Source: Bacteroidales bacterium (GTDB lineage: Bacteria > Bacteroidota > Bacteroidia > Bacteroidales > WCHB1-69). Taken from it: DNA of 64,000 nt. Location: NCBI GenBank assembly GCA_045130275.1, contig JBGUPL010000085.1, forward strand, positions 114-64,113. Reading direction: 5' to 3'. The translations under genes were made by a program, and so were the position numbers. Of the stretch, positions 8,916 to 18,898 are shown in pieces. A model generated the notes under the pieces. It was not told the DNA's origin. It was given only the letters and a program-made list of their open reading frames with translations, and searched no databases. Within the stretch, counting starts at the first letter, position 1. Each line of letters begins with the position of its first letter.

Positions 8916-10214
8916 ATGGAAACCTATCACGAAATACTTGAACGCATCTTCACCGCCTACCCGATGTACCACAAGGTCGGGAGCGCGGCATACAAAGAGG
9001 GGCTTGAAAACATCGTGGAACTGTTGGAAATCATCGGCAACCCGCAGCGGAACCTGCGCTGCGTGCACGTGGCCGGCACCAACGGAAAAGGATCTGTGTC
9101 GTCGTTCCTTTCCTCTTATTTCCAGGAACTTGGCTATAAGACCGGACTCTTCACCTCGCCGCATCTCGTCGATTTCCGCGAGCGCATCCGCATTAACGGG
9201 GCGATGATCCCCGTGGAGGATGTGCTGGCTTTTTTCGACGAATATCAGGAAAAGTTCGCCCATCTGGAGCCCTCGTTTTTCGAGATCACCACCGCGTTGG
9301 CGTTCCACTATTTCGCCAAGCAGAAAGTTGATTTCGCCGTCATCGAGGTGGGGCTCGGCGGCCGGTTGGATTCCACCAACGTCATCTCGCCCATACTCTC
9401 CGTCATCACCAACATCTCACTGGAACACACACAGTTGTTGGGCGACACCATCGCGAAAATCGCTTTCGAGAAGGCCGGCATCATCAAGGACAAGGTGCCC
9501 GTGGTCATCGGGGAATTCCATCCCGAGAGCTTCCCCGTTTTCGAAGATGTGGCCCTGAAACACGATGCGCCGCTCTTCCTCGCCGATGCCAACTATACCG
9601 CTGTAGGAAAGTTGGAAAACATTGACATAGAGGACAATAGCCATAACATTTTGTACACCGGCATAAAAAATCCGTTGGACGGAGAATACCAGCGCAAAAA
9701 CATCGCCACCTTTGTGCAAGCCGCCAAGGTGTTGGAATTCGTGCTGAATATCCAGACTGACAAAATCGTTCCGGCCATCGAGAACGTGGTGCGCAACACC
9801 GGTATTATAGGACGCTGGCAACAGTTGGGCGAACGACCGCGCATCATCTGCGACGTCGGCCACAACCTCGCCGGACTCACATACACGGTGCAGAGCATCC
9901 GCCAGGAATCCGAAAAAGTCACCGGCAAAGCCCACGTGGTTTTCGGGATGGTGCAGGACAAGGACATCGACCACATCGCGCCGATGCTGCCGAAAGAACC
10001 TGACTATTACGTCTGCCGCGCCCAGATCGAACGGGCGATGGATCAGGAAAAGCTCGCCGGAAAGATGCGGGAACAAGGTCTTGTCTGCAACACCTACCCT
10101 TCTGTGGAAGAAGCCATTAAGGCAGCGAAAGCGTCCTCTACGGATGAAGATGTGATATTCATCACCGGCAGTTGTTTCGTGGTCGGTGAAGCACTTGCTA
10201 CAATTAAGAATTAA
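8916..10214 (+). CDS. folC: bifunctional folylpolyglutamate synthase / dihydrofolate synthase
   Basis: Mur-ligase fold with P-loop VAGTNGKGS. ATG 8916 preferred to the track TTG 8895. Confidence 0.85.
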   Translation: METYHEILERIFTAYPMYHKVGSAAYKEGLENIVELLEIIGNPQRNLRCVHVAGTNGKGSVSSFLSSYFQELGYKTGLFTSPHLVDFRERIRINGAMIPVEDVLAFFDEYQEKFAHLEPSFFEITTALAFHYFAKQKVDFAVIEVGLGGRLDSTNVISPILSVITNISLEHTQLLGDTIAKIAFEKAGIIKDKVPVVIGEFHPESFPVFEDVALKHDAPLFLADANYTAVGKLENIDIEDNSHNILYTGIKNPLDGEYQRKNIATFVQAAKVLEFVLNIQTDKIVPAIENVVRNTGIIGRWQQLGERPRIICDVGHNLAGLTYTVQSIRQESEKVTGKAHVVFGMVQDKDIDHIAPMLPKEPDYYVCRAQIERAMDQEKLAGKMREQGLVCNTYPSVEEAIKAAKASSTDEDVIFITGSCFVVGEALATIKN

Positions 10215-10238
10215 GAATGCAGAATGTAGAATGCAAAA
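10204..10238. repeat. heptamer array TTAAGAA TTAAGAA TGCAGAA TGTAGAA TGCAAAA
   Basis: Read directly. The folC stop TAA (10212-10214) lies inside unit 2. The reverse complement of the same family is at 22421..22455. Confidence 0.85.
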
Positions 10239-10251
10239 TTTTTAAAACTCT

Positions 10252-10273
10252 CCCTTAAGTAGTCCTATAAGGG
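10252..10273 (+). terminator. weak hairpin CCCTTA-n10-TAAGGG after folC
   Basis: 6-bp stem and 10-nt loop, no U-tract. Confidence 0.25.
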
Positions 10274-10375
10274 CAAGGCTATGTCAGTCCTGGGAAAGTC
10301 AAAGCCGCAACCCTGGGACAAATGACCAAGAAGGAAACAAATTTCGAGAAGGGCAAGACAAATCACGATGAAACG

Positions 10376-11893
10376 ATGAATGGAATGAAGAAAAGAAGTA
10401 TCATCATCGCCACTTTTTTGTTGTTGAACGCATTTTTCGCATTCGGCCAAGCATCGTATATTGTTTTCAGCGAAAGTGACGCGGAGTTGTTACGGGAGGC
10501 GAAGGTCATCGGGCGGAAGAGTCAGGTGCTAACATTGGAGAACTACCCGCAGGCCGCCGAAAAGATCCTGCAATATCTTGAGAACCACGGATATCCGTTC
10601 GCTTCGGTAAACCTTACCACCGAATGGGGAAACGACACTCTCCCCCAATATGTGCTCCATATCGAGCGAAACCGATACACGAAAGTCGATTCCATTGTGC
10701 TGAAAGGCAACATCAAGCTGAGCCAGAGTTATTTGTGGCCCTATTTGGGACTGCGGCGCAAGGCGCCCTATTCTGAAAAGACCGTCCGGGAGGTGGCCGA
10801 GAAGCTCGCCGCCCTCCCTTTCGCAACTGTCGTGCAACAACCCGGCATCTCCTTTGAGGAGGAAAAAACACTGTTGTACATTTATTTGGACAAGCGACCG
10901 GTCAACCGCTTCGACGGCTACATCGGTTTCCAGCCCGTGAGCGAGTTGACGGGCAAGCTGGCCGTTTCCGGCGAGTTGTCGTTAGAGCTACAGAACATCT
11001 TCCACATCGGGGAACAGATTTCCCTGAACTGGCGCAGCAGCGAGCGTTATTCCCAGTATCTGAACCTCGATGCACAGTTCCCTTACCTCTTCCGCACGCG
11101 CTTCGGCCTCGACGGGCATTTCCGCCTCGACAAGCAGGACACCACCTTCCTGACGCTGAACTACTTTCTCGGCATCCCATACCATTTCCGGCACGACAGC
11201 TATATCCGTCCTTACCTCGAAGTCACGCAATCGCAACTGTTGGACAAAAACAGTTCCCAGACAGTTCTCGACACCGCCTACGTGAACTACCGTAACATAC
11301 TCTACGGGCTATCGTTCAGGTTCTCCAATCTGGAACCGAATCTCCCTGCCAAGCTCGGCTACGCAATCGGGGCAGATGTTTCCGCAGGACGCAGGACGCT
11401 ATTGCCAGGCATGGCAAACGTCGATGCCGCACAGGCGAATCTCGTCAAGACCACATACAGGGTCAGCGGCGAGGCAATGGGAGTCATTCCGCTTTTCAAA
11501 CATCGATTTAGCCTCATTCTGACCGCAAAAACGGGCAGTCTGTTGGGCGGACCGCACTATTTGAACGAAATGTTCAAAATCGGCGGTGTCGGGCAGATCC
11601 GCGGATTCCGGGAAAACGAATTGCTCGCCAGCACCTACCTGCTCTATTCGGCGGAAATGCGCTATCTCTTCGGCCGTAACAACGATGTGCACATCTTCTT
11701 CGACGGAGGGACATACGAGCGACAGGGTTACAACAGTTACCTGATTGACACACCGTTCGGCTTCGGCGCAGGTGTCAACATCGGGGTGCGCAGCGGCACT
11801 TTCTACTTCGATTACGCCCTGCCGAAACAGCGCGGCAACAAGATTTCTTTCAAAACCGGGAAGATCCATTTCGGCGTGAAGGTCAAATTTTAG
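10376..11893 (+). CDS. Omp85-superfamily outer-membrane protein (POTRA-like N-terminus + beta-barrel; BamA/TamA/ShlB-like)
   Basis: Signal peptide MKKRSIIIATFLLLNAFFAFGQ follows internal ATGs at 10376/10385. Alternating beta-strand pattern and C-terminal HFGVKVKF. Confidence 0.6.
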   Translation: MNGMKKRSIIIATFLLLNAFFAFGQASYIVFSESDAELLREAKVIGRKSQVLTLENYPQAAEKILQYLENHGYPFASVNLTTEWGNDTLPQYVLHIERNRYTKVDSIVLKGNIKLSQSYLWPYLGLRRKAPYSEKTVREVAEKLAALPFATVVQQPGISFEEEKTLLYIYLDKRPVNRFDGYIGFQPVSELTGKLAVSGELSLELQNIFHIGEQISLNWRSSERYSQYLNLDAQFPYLFRTRFGLDGHFRLDKQDTTFLTLNYFLGIPYHFRHDSYIRPYLEVTQSQLLDKNSSQTVLDTAYVNYRNILYGLSFRFSNLEPNLPAKLGYAIGADVSAGRRTLLPGMANVDAAQANLVKTTYRVSGEAMGVIPLFKHRFSLILTAKTGSLLGGPHYLNEMFKIGGVGQIRGFRENELLASTYLLYSAEMRYLFGRNNDVHIFFDGGTYERQGYNSYLIDTPFGFGAGVNIGVRSGTFYFDYALPKQRGNKISFKTGKIHFGVKVKF

Positions 11894-11955
11894 CGAAACG
11901 ACCATAGCAAATTATGTTTTGCAAGACTAATGTCCTGCCAAAAAACGAGCCGCAC

Positions 11956-14556
11956 CTAAAACGATACCCTGAACGAGAATCGTATGCCATTCTTTCCCCA
12001 TCCTTTCAAATCTTTTGCGTATGTAAGACGGCGAACATAGTCGATGCGGAGAAAGCCGAAGATGTTTTCGATGCCAGCGGTAAACTCCATATACGGCAAC
12101 TTGCCCATCATGCCGCAACCGTCGGGAAGCACATAGAGCCCTGGAGTATTGGAACTGGGGATGTTTTTCTGCGAAAGACCACCGTAAACACCACTGAACG
12201 AGAGCACTTCGCGAAACTTAAGACGGTTCCATAGCGGTATTCGGTTGAAAATCCATCCTTTCAGATAATACGTGGCATATAAGGCCACATAGCGATCCAT
12301 GATGAATTCCATAGGCTTCATCAAGTTGAAAGAGTTTGGCGTAAGGAATAGCGACTGGTTGGCCGGCGGGACATAAAGTTCGGGAAAAGGCACCGCATCC
12401 CAAACAATCCCCCCTTGTAAAGTGACATCAATATGGCCGAATGACGACAACCAGAACCTTTTCTCGATGGAAAGATCCGTTCGATTGTACCAGAAACGGC
12501 GGTCCATAATGCCCGCAATGTGTGTGAGGCTGAACACTGGCGCATTTTTGGCTGCATTGAGGAGGGATTTCTCACCCGCTTGCCGGTTGTTGGCAAGTTC
12601 CCCGGGTGCCCAGCGGAGCTTCAGGCACCACTCCATCGCGTTGAAATCCTTCACCGGCGAATAAGAACCATCACGGTTGATTCGCCAATAGGCCAACGCC
12701 CCTGTCGCTTCGTTGTTCTCGTATTGCAACCACGTGTCCACGCTGAAACGGTTCTGCCATTCCTGCTGGTAGCGGAGCCGCGTGCGACGGACATACTGCG
12801 CATTCAGCTCGGCGGTGCCTGCATTGTACGACATCAAGATGTTGTCTCGATCCACGTAAGAATAGCTTTGCCCCGGCATCTCCATATCATAACTGGAAGT
12901 GAACGTGATGGCATGCCTCGGCGATTCGTTCACGTGGTGTTTCTTGCTTACAAAACTGTGAATCAGCGAGATATTGTACTTCAACTGCAAATCCTTGCAT
13001 CCGAAGGCAAGGTAGCCGTTCACAAACCAGCGGTCGTGCGTGTTGGCTGTGGTCATGCCCCCAACGCGCAACCGGACTCCCTCCACCGGATTGTAACTGA
13101 CCATGTCGTAAATCGGGCCAATGTCGAAACGACTGTTCTTCCGCTCTTTGGCCGTGGATATATACCCCGAGCTGGCAATCTCCGCAACTTTCTCCATCAC
13201 CTTGAACACGGGCAGACGGCGAAGTTCCGTCGCCAAACTGTCGATGAAGGACTCCTTGGCCGTCAATGGAATCGGCCGCATCCTCTTCCAGCGACCGCTT
13301 TTGTATTTCGAAACATCAGGGGAAACAATCACCTCCACAGGAAGGGTGGCGTTCACTGAATCCGGCAACTCAGTCCCGGGCTCATATTGATACCACAAAG
13401 TGGTCTGCCGGGCATACAACTGTCGCGCTTTCTTGAAAATGGAAAACTTCGCGAACGTGCTCGATTTCACCGGTGCCCATAGCCCGCTGTCATTCCTTTC
13501 AAACTCCTGATCCACAATAAGTTGTCTTACAAAGTTCAAATTAATGTTATATGGTACGCTAAGCGTGTATTTCTTCACGGCGTAAGAGCTGTCATTCACA
13601 ATATACATACGCCCGGAGAATCCGAAGGTGCGACTATTCACCGGCGTGAATGTCAGTTCTAGACAAGAGATACTGTCTATCAACACGGTGTCCGTGATAT
13701 AATAGTGGTAATACGATGTCGCCAATGTGGAAGAAAGCGGGCTCACAAACCGGTTGGCCATCAGCTCTATATCGTTGTCAAAAATGTTGACTTCCGAAAA
13801 AATGGCATCCAAATCGGTACCGAGTCCTTCTTTGTCGAGCACCTCGTCCGCTCCTTGCATCCGCTTGGCCCTCACAAATGTCACATCCCTGTGCGGCGAC
13901 CGCTGATAATAGCGATCGGCAAGGTTCTCGCGCAAGGAGATCGTCAACACGGGGACTGAATCGTCGGGGATAGTGTCGATATATTTCTCCAAAAAAGAGA
14001 ATTGCTCGCGGAGACGGTTCTTGTGGAGGTCAAAGTCAAAACGCCCGAATGCCAACACCAATTTCTTGTAAACACTCACCTTGAAGCCATCCGATGCCTC
14101 AATACGATTGCCCTCTTTATGTTCAATCACTTGTTTCACAAGATCAATGGCCGGATTCCCTTTGCGGACATAACGTTGACGTTTTTTGGAGACCACTACT
14201 TCCTGCAACGCCTGCGCCGTGTTGATGACGACGACACGCTCCTCTGTACCGCGAGCGATGATCAACGTGTCCGGCTTGTAGAACGAATAGCTGACAACCA
14301 GCGTGTCGGTGCCGGCAAATGGCAACTGATAAGAGCCGTCACGTTTCGAATGTGTGCCCACCGTCGTGTGCAGCCACTGCAGACGGGCCATATACACCGG
14401 AACCGTATCACCGCGCTCATCAACCGTAAACACCTTTCCCACAAGCGATTGGGCATTCGCCGTTCCCACAAACATACAGAACAGGAAAAGACATCCGGCC
14501 ATTATTATCGGAATGCGCCGTCTTTTGTCCCTTATGAAAATTCCTATCCTGTTCAT
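11956..14556 (-). CDS. DUF5686-like protein with N-terminal carboxypeptidase-regulatory-like domain
   Basis: Signal/TM IPIIMAGCLFLFCMFVGTANAQ, a CarboxypepD_reg-like beta-sandwich (GKVFTVDERGDTVPVYMARL...GSYQLPF), a long C-terminal region, and ending IRFSFRVSF. Confidence 0.65.
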   Translation of the reverse strand: MNRIGIFIRDKRRRIPIIMAGCLFLFCMFVGTANAQSLVGKVFTVDERGDTVPVYMARLQWLHTTVGTHSKRDGSYQLPFAGTDTLVVSYSFYKPDTLIIARGTEERVVVINTAQALQEVVVSKKRQRYVRKGNPAIDLVKQVIEHKEGNRIEASDGFKVSVYKKLVLAFGRFDFDLHKNRLREQFSFLEKYIDTIPDDSVPVLTISLRENLADRYYQRSPHRDVTFVRAKRMQGADEVLDKEGLGTDLDAIFSEVNIFDNDIELMANRFVSPLSSTLATSYYHYYITDTVLIDSISCLELTFTPVNSRTFGFSGRMYIVNDSSYAVKKYTLSVPYNINLNFVRQLIVDQEFERNDSGLWAPVKSSTFAKFSIFKKARQLYARQTTLWYQYEPGTELPDSVNATLPVEVIVSPDVSKYKSGRWKRMRPIPLTAKESFIDSLATELRRLPVFKVMEKVAEIASSGYISTAKERKNSRFDIGPIYDMVSYNPVEGVRLRVGGMTTANTHDRWFVNGYLAFGCKDLQLKYNISLIHSFVSKKHHVNESPRHAITFTSSYDMEMPGQSYSYVDRDNILMSYNAGTAELNAQYVRRTRLRYQQEWQNRFSVDTWLQYENNEATGALAYWRINRDGSYSPVKDFNAMEWCLKLRWAPGELANNRQAGEKSLLNAAKNAPVFSLTHIAGIMDRRFWYNRTDLSIEKRFWLSSFGHIDVTLQGGIVWDAVPFPELYVPPANQSLFLTPNSFNLMKPMEFIMDRYVALYATYYLKGWIFNRIPLWNRLKFREVLSFSGVYGGLSQKNIPSSNTPGLYVLPDGCGMMGKLPYMEFTAGIENIFGFLRIDYVRRLTYAKDLKGWGKNGIRFSFRVSF

Positions 14557-14749
14557 TCAATGATATTTACTGAATAATATCAAAACGTATGCAAAAAGGC
14601 AAAAATTATACCGAAATGGATATTTATTTATTGTTGAAGTTTAGCGCTTATAACGGAAAATGCGGTGGACCAAGACAAGACCATCGCATTATATTTCTCT
14701 ATGATTATGTAGAAGACAACAGCGCGAAGACATTTCAATTCGCTGGAAT

Positions 14750-15247
14750 TCAAAATATTTCCAAAATTTCCATCCCCACCTCACCGGCCGGGGTCTTGAA
14801 CGTGACGGTCTCCCCCACCTTCTTGTTCATCAGCACCTTGCTGAGCGGGGAGATGAACGAGATTTTGCCCTGCATGATGTTGGCCTCATCCACCCCGACG
14901 ATTTGGTATTTCATGATCTGGTTGTTTTTCAGATTCTTGAATTTGATGGTTGCCCCAAACGCCACGTCGTTCTGCCGTTGCGGGTCATAGTCGAGCACGC
15001 GGGCGGAGTGGATACGCTCCTCCAGCAGACGGAGTTTGCCCGTCAGGTAGTTGTTGTTCACGCGGGCGTCGTTGTTATCGACCCCTTCGTACTGCTTGCG
15101 CTCCTGGAGAATCTCCTCGCGTTCCTGCTTCAACGCCTCCAGTCCGGCGGTGGTGACGAAATTCTCCACTCCGGGAGGCAAAAACGCCCTCGGGGTCAGC
15201 ATCGGGACCTCTTCCTGGTCGCCCTCTTTGACAAATCCTCGGCTCAT
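14750..15247 (-). CDS. GreA/GreB-family transcription elongation factor
   Basis: C-terminal GreA/GreB FKBP-like domain (ATIKFKNLKNNQIMKYQIVGVDEANIMQGKISFISPLSKVLMNKKVGETV). ATG 15247 is chosen because the -7 box at 15267-15274 lies downstream of the track start 15277. Confidence 0.75.
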   Translation of the reverse strand: MSRGFVKEGDQEEVPMLTPRAFLPPGVENFVTTAGLEALKQEREEILQERKQYEGVDNNDARVNNNYLTGKLRLLEERIHSARVLDYDPQRQNDVAFGATIKFKNLKNNQIMKYQIVGVDEANIMQGKISFISPLSKVLMNKKVGETVTFKTPAGEVGMEILEIF

Positions 15248-15266
15248 AATCGGTGATTTTTGGGCG

Positions 15267-15274
15267 CAAAGATA
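15267..15274 (-). promoter_or_regulatory. -7 box TATCTTTG (minus strand)
   Basis: The plus strand reads CAAAGATA; 19 nt upstream of the greA-family ATG 15247. Confidence 0.45.
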
Positions 15275-15285
15275 CATTTTTTTGG

Positions 15286-15332
15286 GGTTAAATGGTTAGG
15301 AGGTTAGGAGGTTAACGGTTGTACGGTTGTCG
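15286..15332. repeat. about 8-bp array GGTTAAAT GGTTAGGA GGTTAGGA GGTTAAC GGTTGTAC GGTTGTCG
   Basis: Read directly; it abuts the greA-family -7 box on its upstream side. Confidence 0.8.
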
Positions 15333-15371
15333 CAATGCGGCAGCCCTACCACTGACGAATACCATGGCCGA

Positions 15372-15410
15372 CCAAAAGCTAACAGCCAAAAGCTAACAGC
15401 CAAAAGCCAA
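15372..15410. repeat. 14-bp tandem repeat CCAAAAGCTAACAG x2 plus partial third copy
   Basis: Two perfect copies (15372-15385, 15386-15399) then CCAAAAGCCAA. It ends 7 nt before the mfd -7 box. Confidence 0.9.
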
Positions 15411-15417
15411 TTTTTCG

Positions 15418-15425
15418 TACTTTTG
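15418..15425 (+). promoter_or_regulatory. -7 box TACTTTTG
   Basis: Exact TAnnTTTG 14 nt upstream of mfd ATG 15440. Confidence 0.45.
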
Positions 15426-15439
15426 CCAACTTTTTGGTT

Positions 15440-18400
15440 ATGACTCTAAACAATCTTAAAAATAAATATTATCAATCTGAATCCGAGGCGCTTGCGAAGT
15501 CATTGAACACCAAAGCCTCCGGTTCGGTTATTGCCATAAATGGCGTAAAAGGCTCCGCACTTGCCTTCATCGCGGCACAAGCCATGGAGAAAATCACCAC
15601 AACGCAACTGTTTGTGTTCCGCGACAGCGAGGAGGCCGCTTTTTTCTACAGCGACATGGAGGTGCTGCTCCATGACCGCAGTAACACGCTGCAGAACAAG
15701 CGAGTGCTCTACCTGCCGTCGTCCTACAAACGCAACAGCCGCTGGGGCGAGACCGACTCCTCGAACGTGAAACTCCGCGCTGAAATCCTCCATAAGCTGT
15801 CGATACCCGGCGCGCAACCGCTTATCCTCGTCTCCTACCCCGAAGGCGTGGCGGAAACCGTTGTCACCCAGGACTATATCGACCGGAAATCCTTCTCCGT
15901 GAAGCATGGCGAGGAAATCCTCACCGACGATTTCCTCAACAAACTCTACGAATTGGAGTACCTGCCCGAGGATTTCGTCTATGAGCCGGGGCAGTTCGCA
16001 TGGCGCGGTAACATCTTCGACATCTTCTCCTACTCCGAAGAATACCCCATCCGTATCGAATTCGAGGACGACCGCATCGAATCCATCCGCTTTTTCAACC
16101 CTGAGACGCAACTCTCTGTGCGAGAGGTGGATCAGATCTACATCATGACCCCGATTTCACAGAAAGAGTCTGGCGACGGCGAGCGCGTGCCGTTTTTCTC
16201 CGTTCTGCCCGAAAACAGCGTGATTTGGCAGATGCACGCCGCCAACATCGCCTCCACCATCCATACCGCTTATCAAGATATTGTTGATAATGAATATTTT
16301 ACCACTAACGAGATTCCCATCATCAACAAGAAAACCTTCTTGAAAGAGGTGGCGAATTTCCAGCGGGTGTATGTCAACACCGCAGAGATCGACGCCCCCA
16401 CCCTTTCGTTGGACTTCAACATGCAGCCGCAGCACGATTTCGACAAGAGTTTCGACTATCTGCTACTGGAATGGATCGGGAATCTGGAACATGGCATCCA
16501 GAACTACTTCCTGTCGGAGACGCAGTCGCAGCTCGACCGCCTCTACAAGGTGATGCTCGACATCCTCGGCAAGTACAACCGTCAAAACGACGCCGCATAC
16601 AAGATCGAGCAGCTCTACACGCCGTTGCGCGAAGTGCTGCACGAGGGATTCACCGACGTGGACCACAAAATCGCGCTCTACACCGACCACCAGTTCTGGA
16701 ACAAGTTCCAGCGGATGGTTTTGCGCGACCGTTACAAGAAGAGCGAAGCCCTGACACTCAGAGAGATATACGATTTGCAGCCCGGCGACTACGTCACCCA
16801 CATCGACCACGGCATCGGTGTGTATGAGGGGTTACAGAAGATGCAAATGGGCGACAGCACGCAGGAGGTCATCAAAATCAGCTACAAAGACGGCGACACG
16901 CTCTACCTGAGCATCCACGCGCTGCACAAAATCAGCAAATACGTCGGCAAGGAGGGCACGCCGCCGACCATCCACCGACTCAGCTCCGGCAGCTGGGAGA
17001 AGCTGAAAGAGCGTACCAAGAAGCGGGTCAAGGAGTTAGCCATCGACCTAATCAAGCTCTACTCCGAGCGCAAGGCCAAGAAAGGGTTCGCCTTCTCGCC
17101 CGACAACTTCCTGCAAAGCACGCTGGAATCGTCGTTTATCTACGAGGACACCCCCGACCAAATCAAGACGTTGGCCGAGGTAAAGGCCGACATGGAAAGC
17201 GACCACCCGATGGACCGCCTCATCTGCGGCGACGTGGGCTTCGGCAAGACCGAAATCGCCATACGTGCGGCGTTCAAGGCCGTGTGCGACAGCAAGCAGG
17301 TGGCCGTTCTGGTGCCCACCACTGTGCTCTCCATGCAGCACTACTACACCTTCAGCGAGCGTTTGGCCAACATGCCGTGTAACATCGCGTATATCAACCG
17401 GTTCAAGAGCAGCAAAGAGATTAAAGAGACGCTGAAGCGGGTGAAGGAGGGCAAAGTCGATATCCTCATCGGTACGCACCGCATCCTAAGCAAAGATGTG
17501 ATTTTCAAGGATTTGGGATTGCTCATCATCGATGAGGAGCAGAAGTTCGGGGTGGCCGCGAAGGAGAAGATCCGCGAGATGAGGACCACCATCGACACGC
17601 TCACGATGTCGGCCACACCGATTCCGCGCACGTTGCAGTTCTCGCTCATCGGAGCCCGCGACATCTCCGTCATCACCACGCCCCCGCCCAACCGTCAGCC
17701 CATCGACACGCAGGTGCACGTCTTCGACGAAGAAATCATGCGCGATGCCATCCAGTACGAGCTGAACCGTGGCGGACAAGTGTTTGTTATCCACAACAAA
17801 ATTCAGAATATCAAAGAATTAGCGGGATTAATCCAACGATTGGTTCCGAAGGCGAGAGTAGCCATCGGGCACGGTCAGATGGAGGGCGACCAGCTCGAAA
17901 AGATCATGACGCAGTTCATCAACGGTGAGTACGACGTGCTGGTTTCCACCACCATTGTGGAGTCCGGCTTGGACATCGTGAACGCCAACACCATGATCAT
18001 CAACGATGCGCAGAACTTCGCGCTCAACGTGCTGCACCAGCTGCGCGGGCGCGTGGGCCGCAACAACCAAAAGGCCTACTGCTACCTCTTCATCAAGCCG
18101 TGGGACACCCTCAACGATCAGGCACGCAAGCGGTTACAGGCCATTGAGCAGTTCTCTGACATCGGCAGCGGCATCCACATTGCCCTCCGCGACTTAGACA
18201 TCCGTGGTGCCGGCGACATCCTCGGTGCCGACCAAAGCGGCTTCATCAACGAGATGGGCTACGACATGTACCAGAAGATCCTGAACGAGGCTATCCAGGA
18301 GATGAAGGACAGCGGCGACGAAGTTTTGGGCGACCTCCAAATGGCGGACAACAGCGCATTGTTGCGCCGGGAGTGCTCGTTGGAGACCGACATCGAGGCG

Positions 18401-18835
18401 CTGTTCCCCTCCACGTACATCTCCAACGTCACCGAGCGCATGAACCTCTACAAGGAGCTGGAATCCATCCGGGATCCGCAGAAGTTGGAGGATTTCCGCA
18501 AGAAGATCACCGATATTTTCGGTCCGATGCCGCGCGAGACCGAGGAGCTGATGCAGACCATCCCGTTGCGGATGCTCGCCGCCGACCTCCACTTCGAAAA
18601 GATCGTCCTCAAGAAAAAGGTCTTCCACGGTTACTTCACCGGCAACTCGCACTCCCCATACTTCCAGTCCGACGAATTCGGCAAATTCCTTTTGTTCATG
18701 CAGGCGAACCACCCCGTCGTGCAGCTCAAGGAGGCCAACCACAAGCTGGTCTGCAGCATCCACAACATCCCGACGTTCCGGGCGGCGTACCATTGGCTGG
18801 GGAAGATGCGGGAGGCGGTGGAGAAGGAAGCTTAA
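15440..18835 (+). CDS. mfd: transcription-repair coupling factor Mfd
   Basis: 1131 aa with Walker [17 protein letters not shown] box and helicase C-terminal motifs (QLRGRVGR). ATG 15440 follows the track TTG 15434. Confidence 0.93.
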   Translation: MTLNNLKNKYYQSESEALAKSLNTKASGSVIAINGVKGSALAFIAAQAMEKITTTQLFVFRDSEEAAFFYSDMEVLLHDRSNTLQNKRVLYLPSSYKRNSRWGETDSSNVKLRAEILHKLSIPGAQPLILVSYPEGVAETVVTQDYIDRKSFSVKHGEEILTDDFLNKLYELEYLPEDFVYEPGQFAWRGNIFDIFSYSEEYPIRIEFEDDRIESIRFFNPETQLSVREVDQIYIMTPISQKESGDGERVPFFSVLPENSVIWQMHAANIASTIHTAYQDIVDNEYFTTNEIPIINKKTFLKEVANFQRVYVNTAEIDAPTLSLDFNMQPQHDFDKSFDYLLLEWIGNLEHGIQNYFLSETQSQLDRLYKVMLDILGKYNRQNDAAYKIEQLYTPLREVLHEGFTDVDHKIALYTDHQFWNKFQRMVLRDRYKKSEALTLREIYDLQPGDYVTHIDHGIGVYEGLQKMQMGDSTQEVIKISYKDGDTLYLSIHALHKISKYVGKEGTPPTIHRLSSGSWEKLKERTKKRVKELAIDLIKLYSERKAKKGFAFSPDNFLQSTLESSFIYEDTPDQIKTLAEVKADMESDHPMDRLICGDVGFGKTEIAIRAAFKAVCDSKQVAVLVPTTVLSMQHYYTFSERLANMPCNIAYINRFKSSKEIKETLKRVKEGKVDILIGTHRILSKDVIFKDLGLLIIDEEQKFGVAAKEKIREMRTTIDTLTMSATPIPRTLQFSLIGARDISVITTPPPNRQPIDTQVHVFDEEIMRDAIQYELNRGGQVFVIHNKIQNIKELAGLIQRLVPKARVAIGHGQMEGDQLEKIMTQFINGEYDVLVSTTIVESGLDIVNANTMIINDAQNFALNVLHQLRGRVGRNNQKAYCYLFIKPWDTLNDQARKRLQAIEQFSDIGSGIHIALRDLDIRGAGDILGADQSGFINEMGYDMYQKILNEAIQEMKDSGDEVLGDLQMADNSALLRRECSLETDIEALFPSTYISNVTERMNLYKELESIRDPQKLEDFRKKITDIFGPMPRETEELMQTIPLRMLAADLHFEKIVLKKKVFHGYFTGNSHSPYFQSDEFGKFLLFMQANHPVVQLKEANHKLVCSIHNIPTFRAAYHWLGKMREAVEKEA

Positions 18836-18843
18836 TCTTGCTG

Positions 18844-18887
18844 CGAAATATCAATTATTTCGAAAAATCGAAATTTTGATATTTCGA
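18844..18887. terminator. two adjacent 7-bp-stem AT-rich hairpins between convergent genes
   Basis: CGAAATA-tcaat-TATTTCG (18844-18862) and TCGAAAT-tttgat-ATTTCGA (18868-18887). Confidence 0.5.
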
Positions 18888-18898
18888 CAACACCAACA

